Shown: piece after piece, positions 1-8,975 of the stretch
Layout: each line of letters opens with the position of its first letter
Numbering within the stretch: position 1 is the first letter of the stretch
Source of the DNA: Bdellovibrionota bacterium
GTDB taxonomy: Bacteria > Bdellovibrionota_C > UBA2361 > JBGSMV01
Assembly: GCA_044356455.1 (NCBI GenBank)
Contig: JBIKWF010000058.1
Location: 1-26,507 of the forward strand
Reading direction: 5' to 3'
Length of the DNA stretch: 26,507 nt
Program-made: the position numbers and the translations under genes
Notes under the pieces: model-generated
Seen by the model: only the letters and a program-made list of their open reading frames with translations
Database searches by the model: none
What the model was told of the DNA's origin: nothing

Positions 1-2
1 GG

Positions 3-251
3 ACGGAGGGGCGTCTCCCTATTATCGGCATCGGTGGAATCTCCTCGGTGGGGCAGGCCTTGCGATACATAGGAGCGGGCGCGTCGCTGATTCAGCTGTA
101 TACCGGACTTGTATATGAGGGCCCGCTCCTGGTGAAGCGTTTGAATGTGGGGATTGGCAGAGCGGTTTCGCGCGCAGGCTGCCGAAGTATTGCAGAGCTT
201 GTGGGGCGCGGCGCTCACGAGATCTCCCAGTTGGAAAGTGTGGCGGTATGA
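3..251 (+). CDS. pyrD: Quinone-dependent dihydroorotate dehydrogenase, C-terminal part (truncated by window start)
   Basis: Frame open from base 3: [15 protein letters not shown]...[17 protein letters not shown], the class 2 DHODH C-terminal signature; stop overlaps tgt start (ATGA). Confidence 0.9.
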   Translation, partial: TEGRLPIIGIGGISSVGQALRYIGAGASLIQLYTGLVYEGPLLVKRLNVGIGRAVSRAGCRSIAELVGRGAHEISQLESVAV

Positions 252-2326
252 CCGGGAGGTTAGATCTACGAATTCAAGCGCAAGACGCGTGGTCTCAGGC
301 GCGTGCCACAAGTTTCCGCACCCTGCATGGTGAAATTGAAACACCCATTTTTATGCCAGTGGCAACGCAGGCAGCCCTGCGCGGCGTGGATCTCGCTATC
401 GCTGAGAATTTTGATTATCGCGTCTTGCTCGCGAATACCTACCATCTACTTCTTCGCCCGGGACCTGAGCTCTTTCGAAAATGGGGCGGCATTCATCCGT
501 TCATGAAGTGGCCGCACGCGGTCCTCACTGACTCTGGCGGCTTTCAGATTTTTTCATTGTCAAAGCAGCTCAAGCTCTCAGAAGAGGGGGCGCGCTTTCG
601 AAGTTATGTGGATGGCGACGAGATCCTTCTCACGCCAGAGCGTAGCATTGAAACCCAGCGCGCCATCGGAAGTGACATTATGATGGTGCTCGATCAGTGC
701 ATCGATTCAACCTCTGACCTTGGTGCTTCTCGCGCCGCCTTGCAGCTCACCACACGTTGGGCGAAGCGCTCCCTTGCCGCACGTGGAGATTCCCCTCAGT
801 CTCTCTTCGGAATTATTCAGGGAGCCTGCTTTAAGGAGCTGCGCCGAGAAAGCGCTGCTCAGATTACGGAGATGCCGTTCGATGGGTTTGCCATTGGCGG
901 ACTTGCGGTCGGCGAAACGAGAGCCGAACGCGAAGACATGACTGAATACACGGCGCCTTTACTCCCGGCAGATCGTCCGCGCTACTTGATGGGAGTGGGT
1001 ACCCCCATAGATCTTTTAGAAGCGGTGAAGAGGGGAGTGGACATGTTCGATTGTATCCTGCCAACCTCACTTGCTCATCAAGGGGTATGCTTTACCACCC
1101 GAGGAAAAATTGATTTGCGCCGTGGTGTCTATCGAAACAACGAAGATTCGCTCGATCCTGCCTGTTCCTGCTCAACCTGCACCAGGTTTAGTAAGGCATA
1201 TTTGCATCATTTAGTGCGGGCTGGGGAATTTGTCGCAGACCAGCTTCTTAGTATTCATAACCTCTTTTTCTATCGCGAGCTGATGCGTGGCATGCGCCAA
1301 TCTATCCTGCAGGGTAGTTTTAGAGAGTTCTATACTCGTCAAAAGCCGTTTCTCGAGGCTCGAGATGTAGAGAACCCGAGTGTTCCTCCCAAGCGCAAGA
1401 AGGAAAGGGACGAGCATGCGCTTGGCGACTACCAGGTTGTGCAGCATAGCACCGGTGGTTTTGGTAGTGTTAAGCAAGTAAGCTCGGGCGAAACCATGCA
1501 TTCGGTGAGTGATCCGGTCGTTGAGGCTGAGGCGCTCTACGTAGATCAGTCTCGGCTTCGGGAAAGAGTTCTTGCATCTGGAGGCCCGCTGGTGGTCTGG
1601 GATGTGGGGCTTGGCGCAGCTACCAACGCTATGGTGTGCCTTAAGGCGCTTGAGGACATGAGGAGCGATGCCCCGCGCCGCCCTGTTCAGATTATTAGCT
1701 TTGAACGAGACCTTGATTCGCTCAGACTTGCCTTGCGGCATCCAAGACTCTTTCGCCATTTGCGACATCCCGCGCCGCATGCGCTTCTTGAATCGGGAGT
1801 CTGGCGCTCCAAGGAAGAGAGGGGCGTAGGAGAGGGAGCGTCGATAGAGTGGCGTCTCTTAAAGGGCGATTTTTCAAAACTTTTCGAATCGGCTCCGCTG
1901 CCCGAGGTTATTTTGTACGATCCTTTTTCGGCGAAAGTTGATACTGAGCTCTGGGAGTACTCAATTTTTGAACGCTTGCTTCGCTACTGCGAGCAGCGAG
2001 GAGATTTTGGCACTTCGCTCTACACGTATACGAACTCTACTTCAGTGCGAGCAGCACTACTTGCGGCAGGGTGGTTTGTCGGCCGCGGGCGAGCGACAGG
2101 TCCGAAGTCTGAAACTACGACTGCCGGTACACTGGCGACCTGTTCCTCTCCTTTTGCTTTGAACCTTCTCGGGAAAGAATGGCTCGAGCGCTGGGAGCGA
2201 AGTGATGCGCGTCAGCCTGCAGGTACAAGGGGGGAAGAGTTCCTCCTGCGCATCCCTGGCCATCCGCAGTTCGGCGGTTCGGCAGGAATACATGCAGAGA
2301 CAATTCAGGGGGCTGGAGTTCCATAA
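248..2326 (+). CDS. tgt: tRNA-guanine(34) transglycosylase fused to a C-terminal MnmC/MnmD-like SAM methyltransferase
   Basis: [41 protein letters not shown] and CxCxxC..H zinc site in aa 1-375; then [35 protein letters not shown], resembling the MnmC methyltransferase domain. Confidence 0.93.
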   Translation: MTGRLDLRIQAQDAWSQARATSFRTLHGEIETPIFMPVATQAALRGVDLAIAENFDYRVLLANTYHLLLRPGPELFRKWGGIHPFMKWPHAVLTDSGGFQIFSLSKQLKLSEEGARFRSYVDGDEILLTPERSIETQRAIGSDIMMVLDQCIDSTSDLGASRAALQLTTRWAKRSLAARGDSPQSLFGIIQGACFKELRRESAAQITEMPFDGFAIGGLAVGETRAEREDMTEYTAPLLPADRPRYLMGVGTPIDLLEAVKRGVDMFDCILPTSLAHQGVCFTTRGKIDLRRGVYRNNEDSLDPACSCSTCTRFSKAYLHHLVRAGEFVADQLLSIHNLFFYRELMRGMRQSILQGSFREFYTRQKPFLEARDVENPSVPPKRKKERDEHALGDYQVVQHSTGGFGSVKQVSSGETMHSVSDPVVEAEALYVDQSRLRERVLASGGPLVVWDVGLGAATNAMVCLKALEDMRSDAPRRPVQIISFERDLDSLRLALRHPRLFRHLRHPAPHALLESGVWRSKEERGVGEGASIEWRLLKGDFSKLFESAPLPEVILYDPFSAKVDTELWEYSIFERLLRYCEQRGDFGTSLYTYTNSTSVRAALLAAGWFVGRGRATGPKSETTTAGTLATCSSPFALNLLGKEWLERWERSDARQPAGTRGEEFLLRIPGHPQFGGSAGIHAETIQGAGVP

Positions 2327-2566
2327 ACACAGTTCGGTGGTCTCGTGAGGGGAGCCGTGAGACATTCCTGCTCGCGAGCTACTATTTCGTACGGAAACCT
2401 GCTTATTCGCACTCATGCGAACTTTTGTGACAGGTTTTAAGTCACTTTGGTGGCGAAACATCCCATACCTCTGGACCCAATTCGACATTTGTTTTGAGCT
2501 CGGTGCGAGCGATTCTTCGGCATCTGCGTAGCAGGGCCTACGGGGAAGAAGTTCTTTTTTAGTTTC

Positions 2567-4057
2567 ATGGCGGTAGCGGTGAGGGTTCCTTTTGTTACGT
2601 CTGGTGGTCTTCTCTCTGGCGTAGTTCCGGGCGGGGCGGTTACGAAAAGCGCCTCAGGCCCGCTTGATTTACTTTCGCCTGGAATAGAGAGCGCACTTCG
2701 TGCCCCAACGGCTCTTACTCCACCGCTCGACAAAACGCTCGTAACATCTTTCTTGCGAGCTCTTGCGCGGTTGGTAGATCCAGAAAAAAACCCGATTGCG
2801 GAAGTAAGGGGAGAGCCGAGATCCGCTGCCTGGGAACTTCGCTTGTTCCCTCACCCCCAGCGGCCCTACCACGTGCCTCTTCGGGGCGACGTAGCGCTGC
2901 TTGCGGCGCGTACTCCCGATCTTACGAAAGAGTTCGTCATAGGAGTAAAGCGTTTCTGCCGCGACCAGGACATTACGCGCTTATATTTGTATGACACCAG
3001 GCTGAGTGACCGGGTAGTTGCACTTTGCAAGGTGCTTGAGCCGCATCTCAAAACACTAGTGATTCGCGATCATCACGGGGTAGGGGAAGGCGAGCAGGCA
3101 GGCGTGGCTGAACTTCGTGAGAAGTTTGGCTCAAGGGCAGACATTCGGGTTGTTTCAAAAAAAGATTCGCCGACTTGTTTTGATTTGCTTTCAGAAAATG
3201 AAGGAGAGCTCATTCGCGGTGAAGGGAAAGCGCTTGTAATTACCGCGCCTCTCGATCTCGATTCCCTGAATTGTATCGCGCGGGGCTTTGGGCTCTCGTA
3301 CCAAGGTCAGAATAATGATGTGCTCGCTATCGAAGCAAAAGATCGCGTGGCTCAGCGGGCAGGAGTTAGTCCCCTCGGAGATTTAATTCTAGACGCGCTC
3401 CGCGTGGGCCCCATGGTGCTTAAGGGGAGAAGTAGTGAAACCTTTGCCTCTCTTTTCCAGATAGCCGCGCTGCAAGCAATTCACCACGCAAGTTCATCTC
3501 ACGGTGCTGAGAAATGTTCTGATACCCCCGCCGGCGAAACCCTTTCTATGTTGGCCACTTTGGCCAAATCCGCCAAGGAATTGACTCTGGTTTCTCTGCT
3601 AAAAAGGAGCGTGGTCAGAGACCAGGTAGTATCTACCGGCGCTGCCCTCAACGTGTGCGTCGTAGATCTTGGTGATGAAGGCCTCGTTGAATCGGCGGCA
3701 CATGAAAACATGATACCGCAACGCTTTGAGCGAATCGGAGTGCGCTTGAACTTGGCTGCGGCAGAGGTTCGCCGCGAGCTGAGAAGGGAGCCAGAGCGAC
3801 TGAGGATGAGCACCCTAGAGGACGTCTGTTCTCATCTCATTCGACAAAAGGAGCTGCCGCGTAATATTTTTGTTTTTGTTCGCTATCCGGGAGAAGAAGG
3901 ACGGCAATCAGCGTTAGTGCGTTTTGCGGCGTTCGGCGAATATCGGCACGCGCCATTCGCCCAGCAACTCCCGTGGGAAATGTCACGTGTTGGGCTAGGG
4001 GTCATTGAAGACGAGAGCAAGTTCTTTGAATGGTTGAAGGCGCCAGCGGTTCTATAG
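2567..4057 (+). CDS. Hypothetical protein with DHH-like motifs
   Basis: 496-aa ORF filling the gap; LYLYDT, VIRDHH, SPTC and DLDS motifs; start codon uncertain. Confidence 0.65.
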   Translation: MAVAVRVPFVTSGGLLSGVVPGGAVTKSASGPLDLLSPGIESALRAPTALTPPLDKTLVTSFLRALARLVDPEKNPIAEVRGEPRSAAWELRLFPHPQRPYHVPLRGDVALLAARTPDLTKEFVIGVKRFCRDQDITRLYLYDTRLSDRVVALCKVLEPHLKTLVIRDHHGVGEGEQAGVAELREKFGSRADIRVVSKKDSPTCFDLLSENEGELIRGEGKALVITAPLDLDSLNCIARGFGLSYQGQNNDVLAIEAKDRVAQRAGVSPLGDLILDALRVGPMVLKGRSSETFASLFQIAALQAIHHASSSHGAEKCSDTPAGETLSMLATLAKSAKELTLVSLLKRSVVRDQVVSTGAALNVCVVDLGDEGLVESAAHENMIPQRFERIGVRLNLAAAEVRRELRREPERLRMSTLEDVCSHLIRQKELPRNIFVFVRYPGEEGRQSALVRFAAFGEYRHAPFAQQLPWEMSRVGLGVIEDESKFFEWLKAPAVL

Positions 4058-4198
4058 CGAAGGGCAAAAAGATAGGCTTTCGCGGACTTTTCCCTTTTCC
4101 AACCTGCCTTTTTTAGGCTCAAATTCAAACTATCTACCCTTGGGCCATAAAAAGGCCGCAACATGTCGGTATTTAAGGCAAGTTCCTTGGGAAGAATT

Positions 4199-4228
4199 TT
4201 GACGAGGAGGCAGTTACTCTGCTATACT
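4199..4228 (+). promoter_or_regulatory. Sigma-70-type promoter with extended -10, upstream of carD
   Basis: TTGACG (4199-4204), 18-bp spacer, TGc-TATACT (4220-4228). Confidence 0.6.
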
Positions 4229-4668
4229 CCCCTCAACTCGGGGTCTATCATTCTACGGCTCAGTTCCTCTGGGGCTTCGTGAGTCGGGGGCCTAATGTCT
4301 CGATTCTAGTGGAGCGAAGCTAGTGGTCCTTGCCGAGTAGGCTTTTATGCGTTTCTAGAGGTGTTCGAAAGGGGGCGCGCCTCTCAGATCAAAAATTTCA
4401 GCAATATTTCATCAGAATAGTTTTTCACCAGTATAGTTTTCAGCGTTTCGTTTTCCATGAGCAGGGCACTGATACCGCAAGCTGCGCAAGGAAAACCACG
4501 AGTTCAAGGTTAAAAATTGGTAGGTTGGTTTGCGCGGATAGGATACAATGTCGTCCGCGCGACTTGCGTGTGTAGCGCTTTTATCTGCTGCTAATTTGAG
4601 CACTGTTAAGCCATTTTAGCACCGTGAAGCAGCTCCAGCAGAGTTCGATTTTTTTATAGGGAGTCAAC

Positions 4669-5175
4669 TTGAGCATGAAGAACGCCAAAAGTGCAACTTT
4701 CAAGTCTGGTGATAAAGTCGTTTATCCTGGCCATGGAGTTGGACAGGTTAATGGAATCGTTGAACGCGCAATTCTTGGTACCGCACAAAAGATCTATGAA
4801 ATTACCATTCAGTCCTCGGGCATGAAAATCATGGTTCCCGTCGCGCAGGCTCCTTCGGTGGGGCTTCGCAAGGTAGTTGATAAGCGTGCGGTGGAAAAAG
4901 TATACGAGATTCTCAGGGATAGAAATTTTAAAATTGATACGCAAACGTGGAATCGAAGATTCCGCGAGTATTCGCAGAAGATTGAGACCGGGTCCGTATT
5001 TGAGATCGCAGAGGTGCTTCGCGATCTTTCCGTGCTCGGAGTCGATAAGGAACTCTCATTCGGCGAAAAGAAGATGTTGGATAAGGCCAAGACCCTTCTT
5101 GTTTCTGAGATTGCAATTGCGAAAGCTCGCACGCATGAAAAAGTCATGGTCGAACTTAAGGATATTTTCACCTAG
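4669..5175 (+). CDS. carD: CarD/CdnL family RNA polymerase-binding transcription regulator
   Basis: FKSGDKVVYPGHGVG, MVPV...VGLR, WNRRFREY, LSFGEKKML; GGGAG RBS; upstream of ispD as commonly seen. Confidence 0.95.
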   Translation: MSMKNAKSATFKSGDKVVYPGHGVGQVNGIVERAILGTAQKIYEITIQSSGMKIMVPVAQAPSVGLRKVVDKRAVEKVYEILRDRNFKIDTQTWNRRFREYSQKIETGSVFEIAEVLRDLSVLGVDKELSFGEKKMLDKAKTLLVSEIAIAKARTHEKVMVELKDIFT

Positions 5176-5216
5176 TAGTTGCTGAGAGGTCGATTCTAGT
5201 GGTCGACTTTGTAATG

Positions 5217-5274
5217 CCCCCGCTTTTTGCGCAGTTCCCGAGAGATCGGAACGGTGTGAAGGGTGGGGGTTTTT
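5217..5274 (+). terminator. Long hairpin plus U-tract, probable intrinsic terminator after carD
   Basis: CCCCCGCTTTTT...GAAGGGTGGGGG stem with several G-U pairs, inner GTTCC/GGAAC stem, followed by TTTTT. Confidence 0.6.
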
Positions 5275-5282
5275 GTTTCTAG

Positions 5283-5410
5283 GGGATCTCTGAAAATTAC
5301 AGCTATTTCATTTTTCTCTCTGTGAGCTCTGTGTCCTCTGTGGTTTTTCAACAATTTAAATCAACCACAGAGGACACTGAGTTCACAGAGCGGACTTTTT
5401 CGGAGATTCC
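5283..5410. mobile_element. MITE-like palindromic element, family B copy 1
   Basis: Ends GGGATCTCTGAAAA / TTTTCGGAGATTCC, flanks CTAG and CTGG, internal 28-bp inverted repeat 5318-5345 / 5363-5390 (26/28 complementary). Confidence 0.7.
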
Positions 5411-5466
5411 CTGGCCTCAAAATGCTCTTAGCGGCTAACCTATCTCAGAGGACCCTAGCCTGACCT

Positions 5467-6216
5467 ATGTCCGAAGAAATATTTCCGAGAACCACTGGCG
5501 GTGATTGTATTGCGATTGTCCCTGCCGCAGGCAGCAGTAGTCGCTTCGGGCAGGGGCGAGCCAAGATCTTTGCTGAAGTTGGTGGCATTGCAGTTCTAAG
5601 ACGGACTGCAGAAACTCTTGCGAGGGTGCCGTCAATACGACACATGGTTGTTCTTTCTCCCGCCGCTGAAGTTCAAGCAGTTACGCTTCTGTTAAAAGAC
5701 ATTCCCCAGGTGAGCGTGGTGGTTGGCGGAGCCACGCGGCAAGAATCGGTGGCGAGAGGGCTGGAGCATGCGCGTAGCGAACACGCCCTAAAAGATGAGG
5801 AGTATGTGCTCGTGCATGACGCCGCACGCTGCCTCGTTTCAAAAGAGCTCGTAGAGCGTACGCTTGCTGCAGCCAGGGAGTTTAAGGCGGTGACCACCGC
5901 TGTCCCAGTGGTTGATACGATAAGTGTTCGAGGTTCTGATAGTTTATCCCAGAATGAGCTCCCGCTGCTCATTTCCACGCTCGATAGAAACTCACTCGTA
6001 GCTATCCAGACGCCTCAGGTTTTTCGCGCCGATCTTCTGCTTGGCGCGCATGAGTCCTATATGCGTGATTCTCAAGGAGGAGAGGCTACTGACGACGCGA
6101 TGCTTGTTCGGAAGCACTCGGAGGTTCGGATTGTCGAAGGAGACCCGCGTAATATTAAGGTGACGAGGCCGTTAGATGTCGCGGTAGCTGAGGCCCTGCT
6201 GCGGGAAAATTTCTAA
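5467..6216 (+). CDS. ispD: 2-C-methyl-D-erythritol 4-phosphate cytidylyltransferase
   Basis: IVPAAGSSSRFG, GGATRQESV, VLVHDAAR, QTPQVF, TDDA, NIKVT motifs. Confidence 0.95.
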   Translation: MSEEIFPRTTGGDCIAIVPAAGSSSRFGQGRAKIFAEVGGIAVLRRTAETLARVPSIRHMVVLSPAAEVQAVTLLLKDIPQVSVVVGGATRQESVARGLEHARSEHALKDEEYVLVHDAARCLVSKELVERTLAAAREFKAVTTAVPVVDTISVRGSDSLSQNELPLLISTLDRNSLVAIQTPQVFRADLLLGAHESYMRDSQGGEATDDAMLVRKHSEVRIVEGDPRNIKVTRPLDVAVAEALLRENF

Positions 6217-6363
6217 TATACGCGAGAAAAACCCACCTCTGTGTACCCCTGTGCCCTCTGTGGTGAAATTCCCATGAAGATTTCACCACAGAGGACGCGA
6301 AGGTACACAGAGTTTTTTCAGGATTTCGGGTGTTTGAGGATTCTGAGGTCTTTCAGAGGTTCC
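6217..6363. mobile_element. MITE-like palindromic element, family B copy 2 (left end decayed)
   Basis: CTAA on both sides (6213-6216, 6364-6367); right end TTTCAGAGGTTCC; internal hairpin 6237-6269 / 6280-6312, similar to the copy at 8846. Confidence 0.7.
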
Positions 6364-7137
6364 CTAAAATTCGATCGTCAAGCCATCGTATCCCAACCGA
6401 ATAGAAGGTGGCAGTGCCGCCTCGGTCATCTCATGGTCAACGGTGTGCGTCATGTGGATGAGCCAGGTATGCTGTGCCCCAATCATTTTCGCAACCTCGA
6501 CGGCTTCTGAAATCGTAAGATGCGTCTTATGGGCCTCATGCCGTAGGCCATCAAGCAGTAAGTATTTCACGCCCTGAACCCGCGCCAAGGTAGCAGGGGG
6601 GATTTCTTTTACGTCAGTTAGGTATGCGAGGTCGCCAAACCTATAGCCCGTTACGGGAAGGGGGCCATGAAGCACAGGGAGTGGCTGCACGAGGACTCCT
6701 TCAACCTCAAAAGGGCTTTCGCCATCGATTTCATGAAGATCAAGTTTGGGAATCCCGCCGCCAAGATATTTCGGATCCGGATTGAACACGTAAGAAAAGA
6801 TATGCCTAATGTCTCTTAGAGTCTCTTTGGTCGCGTAGCAGGGGATGGCCTTTTTCTGAATAAAGTTAAAGGCTCGCAAATCGTCTATGCCGAGGATGTG
6901 ATCGGCGTGCGAGTGGGTAAAAAGGACCGCGTCTACGCGCCTGAGGTCTGCTCGGAGAGCCTGCTGCCGAAAGTCGCTGGAGGCGTCTATGAGTAAGGTG
7001 GTGCCATCCTCACGTTGCAGGGCGGCAGAGGTTCTAAGCCTCTTATTTCGGGGGTTCGATGACCTACATACCAGGCACTGACAGCCGGATACGGGTACCC
7101 CGGTAGAGGTGCCCGACCCAAGGAGGGTTAGTTTCAT
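6364..7137 (-). CDS. MBL-fold metallo-hydrolase (PhnP-like phosphodiesterase)
   Basis: LGSGTSTGVP..GCQCLVC, THSHADHILG, YLTD, LIHMTH motifs. Confidence 0.92.
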   Translation of the reverse strand: MKLTLLGSGTSTGVPVSGCQCLVCRSSNPRNKRLRTSAALQREDGTTLLIDASSDFRQQALRADLRRVDAVLFTHSHADHILGIDDLRAFNFIQKKAIPCYATKETLRDIRHIFSYVFNPDPKYLGGGIPKLDLHEIDGESPFEVEGVLVQPLPVLHGPLPVTGYRFGDLAYLTDVKEIPPATLARVQGVKYLLLDGLRHEAHKTHLTISEAVEVAKMIGAQHTWLIHMTHTVDHEMTEAALPPSIRLGYDGLTIEF

Positions 7138-7216
7138 ATGCGCCCGTTTACATCCACTTAGTAGCTATACTACTTTTCTTATAGTGTAATCGCCACTAGT
7201 GAACCAGAAGGGGCCT

Positions 7217-7717
7217 ATGTCAGAAGAAGGATCCGGGAATTCAAAATTTGTGGTGCGGGACCGTCGTCGCTTTGATAGCGAGGGCAATGATAGGGCAGAT
7301 GGCTCCTCGGAGAGAAGTTCCTCAGCGGCTTCGACTCCATCGCCAACCTCAGCCGGCGCCTCCTCTGCTTCTGTAGCTTCTTCGCGTGAGGCTCCCGCAT
7401 CTGAGCCTTCCGTTTCTAAACAAGAACAGGCTACCAAAGGGCGTCCTGATTTGGGCCCACCGCCAGATACAGAAATCAATTTTTCGTCATTCGTGATTTC
7501 TCTCGCAACTCAGGCCCTTATGCAGCTGGGCGAAATACAGCCTCCAGATGGCATGCCTATAGCCGTAGACCGCGATGGGGCTCGCCAGACCATCGATATT
7601 CTTTCGGTGATTGATTACAAAACGAGAGGCAATCTTACCGAAGAAGAGGCGAAGCTGATGGAGGAAGTGCTCCACCGCCTGCGCCTAAGTTACGTAAAAC
7701 ACATGAAGTCTGCGTGA
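7217..7717 (+). CDS. DUF1844 domain-containing protein
   Basis: FVVRDRRRF N-terminus, disordered linker, FSSFVISLATQALMQLG...ARQTIDIL..KTRGNLTEEE; ATG 7217 preferred over GTG 7199. Confidence 0.85.
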   Translation: MSEEGSGNSKFVVRDRRRFDSEGNDRADGSSERSSSAASTPSPTSAGASSASVASSREAPASEPSVSKQEQATKGRPDLGPPPDTEINFSSFVISLATQALMQLGEIQPPDGMPIAVDRDGARQTIDILSVIDYKTRGNLTEEEAKLMEEVLHRLRLSYVKHMKSA

Positions 7718-7893
7718 GTCGCGTGAATCTCCTTGGTGCCTTAGGCGCATCATAGTTTCAGTCGCATCTCACCCAGCGATCTGTCCAAATTATTGACGCG
7801 GTGTCGTCTTTCTTGGCACCCGTTTTTTTCTTAGAGGGAGCACTCTGCGCCTCTAACCTATTCAAACAAGGGCTTATTCCTCTTTCGCTTCTT

Positions 7894-7909
7894 TGGCACG
7901 CGATTCGCT
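7894..7909 (+). promoter_or_regulatory. Sigma-54 (-24/-12) promoter upstream of the ECF sigma gene
   Basis: TGGCACGCGATTCGCT matches TGGCACG-N4-TTGCW with correct GG/GC spacing and one mismatch, 53 bp before the ATG. Confidence 0.65.
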
Positions 7910-7962
7910 CTTAGGCCTCCCTAGGGACTGATTCCCACGGACGTTTTTAAAGAGGTTGCAGT

Positions 7963-8580
7963 ATGCTGAAGCGAACGGATGCGGAACTAGTAGCGGTAAT
8001 CCAAAGAGGGGACAATGAAGCCTTTGAGGAGCTGATGCAGCGCTACGTCAACAAGGCGTATGGGCTCGCGGCTCGGCTTACCAAAAACCGGGAAGATGCG
8101 GAGGAGGTGCTGCAGGATGTGTTCATCACCGTCCACCGAAAAATTTCGGCGTTTGAAGGAAAATCATCCTTCTCTAGCTGGCTTTACCGAATCACCGTAA
8201 ACGCAGCCTTGATGAAGTTAAGGAAGCGCCGGAATGACCGTCATGTCCATATAGAGGACGTAGTTCCAGAATATAGTAACAGCACTCTTCTTAAGACCTG
8301 TGCTCTGTCCGAGAGTGATGTACTTACCGACCGTCAAACCCTGCTCAGTGCTCTTGAGATGGCTATTCGAAAACTTCCGGATGAATATCGGCCGGTGTTT
8401 GTTCTTCGTGATATTGATGGGCTCACCAGTCGGCAGGTCGGAAAGATACTCCAGCTAAGCATTCCGGCGGTAAAATCGCGGCTCCATAGGTCCCGCATCA
8501 TGTTAAGACGTAAACTCTTGCCCCTCTACCGAGAAGTTTCAGAGCAGGCGAGGGCTCATATTGACAGAGAAGCGGCCTAG
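7963..8580 (+). CDS. ECF-type RNA polymerase sigma factor
   Basis: DAEEVLQDVF, FEGKSSFSSWLYRITVN (region 2); LPDEYRPVFVLRD..AVKSRLHRSR (region 4). Confidence 0.95.
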   Translation: MLKRTDAELVAVIQRGDNEAFEELMQRYVNKAYGLAARLTKNREDAEEVLQDVFITVHRKISAFEGKSSFSSWLYRITVNAALMKLRKRRNDRHVHIEDVVPEYSNSTLLKTCALSESDVLTDRQTLLSALEMAIRKLPDEYRPVFVLRDIDGLTSRQVGKILQLSIPAVKSRLHRSRIMLRRKLLPLYREVSEQARAHIDREAA

Positions 8581-8841
8581 GAGTGTGTCCCGTAGAAACA
8601 TAAATCTTCATTCTGGACACAATCCGTAGCCGCCTTTTCACGCTGCAGTTCGGTCGCGCCGAAATATGCGAAATGAAAAGGCGAGCTGAGCCCCTATTCG
8701 AGGAGATATCCGCGGAAGGGGCTACTTGCAGCACTCTAGGGAGTTCGGAGCCTTGAAGGGCGTATGAGCAATAGGGGCTAGGTGGGCTGTCCCGCTGCCA
8801 CCACAACATGTAGTGGTAGAAATTTTCTACGGGACAGACTC
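8581..8841. mobile_element. 261-bp MITE, family A copy 1
   Basis: 18-bp TIR GAGTGTGTCCCGTAGAAA / TTTCTACGGGACAGACTC; flanks CTAG/CTAA; inverted near-identical copy at 25057-25317. Confidence 0.88.
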
Positions 8842-8845
8842 CTAA

Positions 8846-8975
8846 GGAGCCTCTGAAAAACTCACCTCTATGTACCTCTGAGTCCTCTGAGCTGAAATTT
8901 TCATGAAGAAATTTACCACAGAGGACACGGAGGTACACAGAGGTGTATTAAGAATGAAGGTTTTTCAGAGGTTCG
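8846..8975. mobile_element. MITE-like palindromic element, family B copy 3
   Basis: TIR GGAGCCTCTGAAAAAC / GTTTTTCAGAGGTTCG, CTAA duplication (8842-8845, 8976-8979), internal ACCACAGAGGACACGGAGGTACACAGAG hairpin arm. Confidence 0.8.

Noticed and set aside
2340..2364. Short GTCTC..GAGAC hairpin after tgt
   Set aside because: Weak stem without a U-tract and single copy; not supportable as a terminator or REP
2569..2581. GGCGGTAGCGGTG resembling an ops/JUMPstart element
   Set aside because: Spacing is off by one, it overlaps an ORF start, and it is far from the glycan genes
4330..4575. 81-aa ORF in the carD leader
   Set aside because: TTG start, no RBS and no recognisable motif
6237..6312. 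Recurring CACAGAG palindromes as a possible CRISPR array
   Set aside because: Dispersed single hairpins; no regular repeat-spacer periodicity and no cas genes
7814..7830. Second TGGCAC sigma-54-like site
   Set aside because: Lacks the -12 GC dinucleotide
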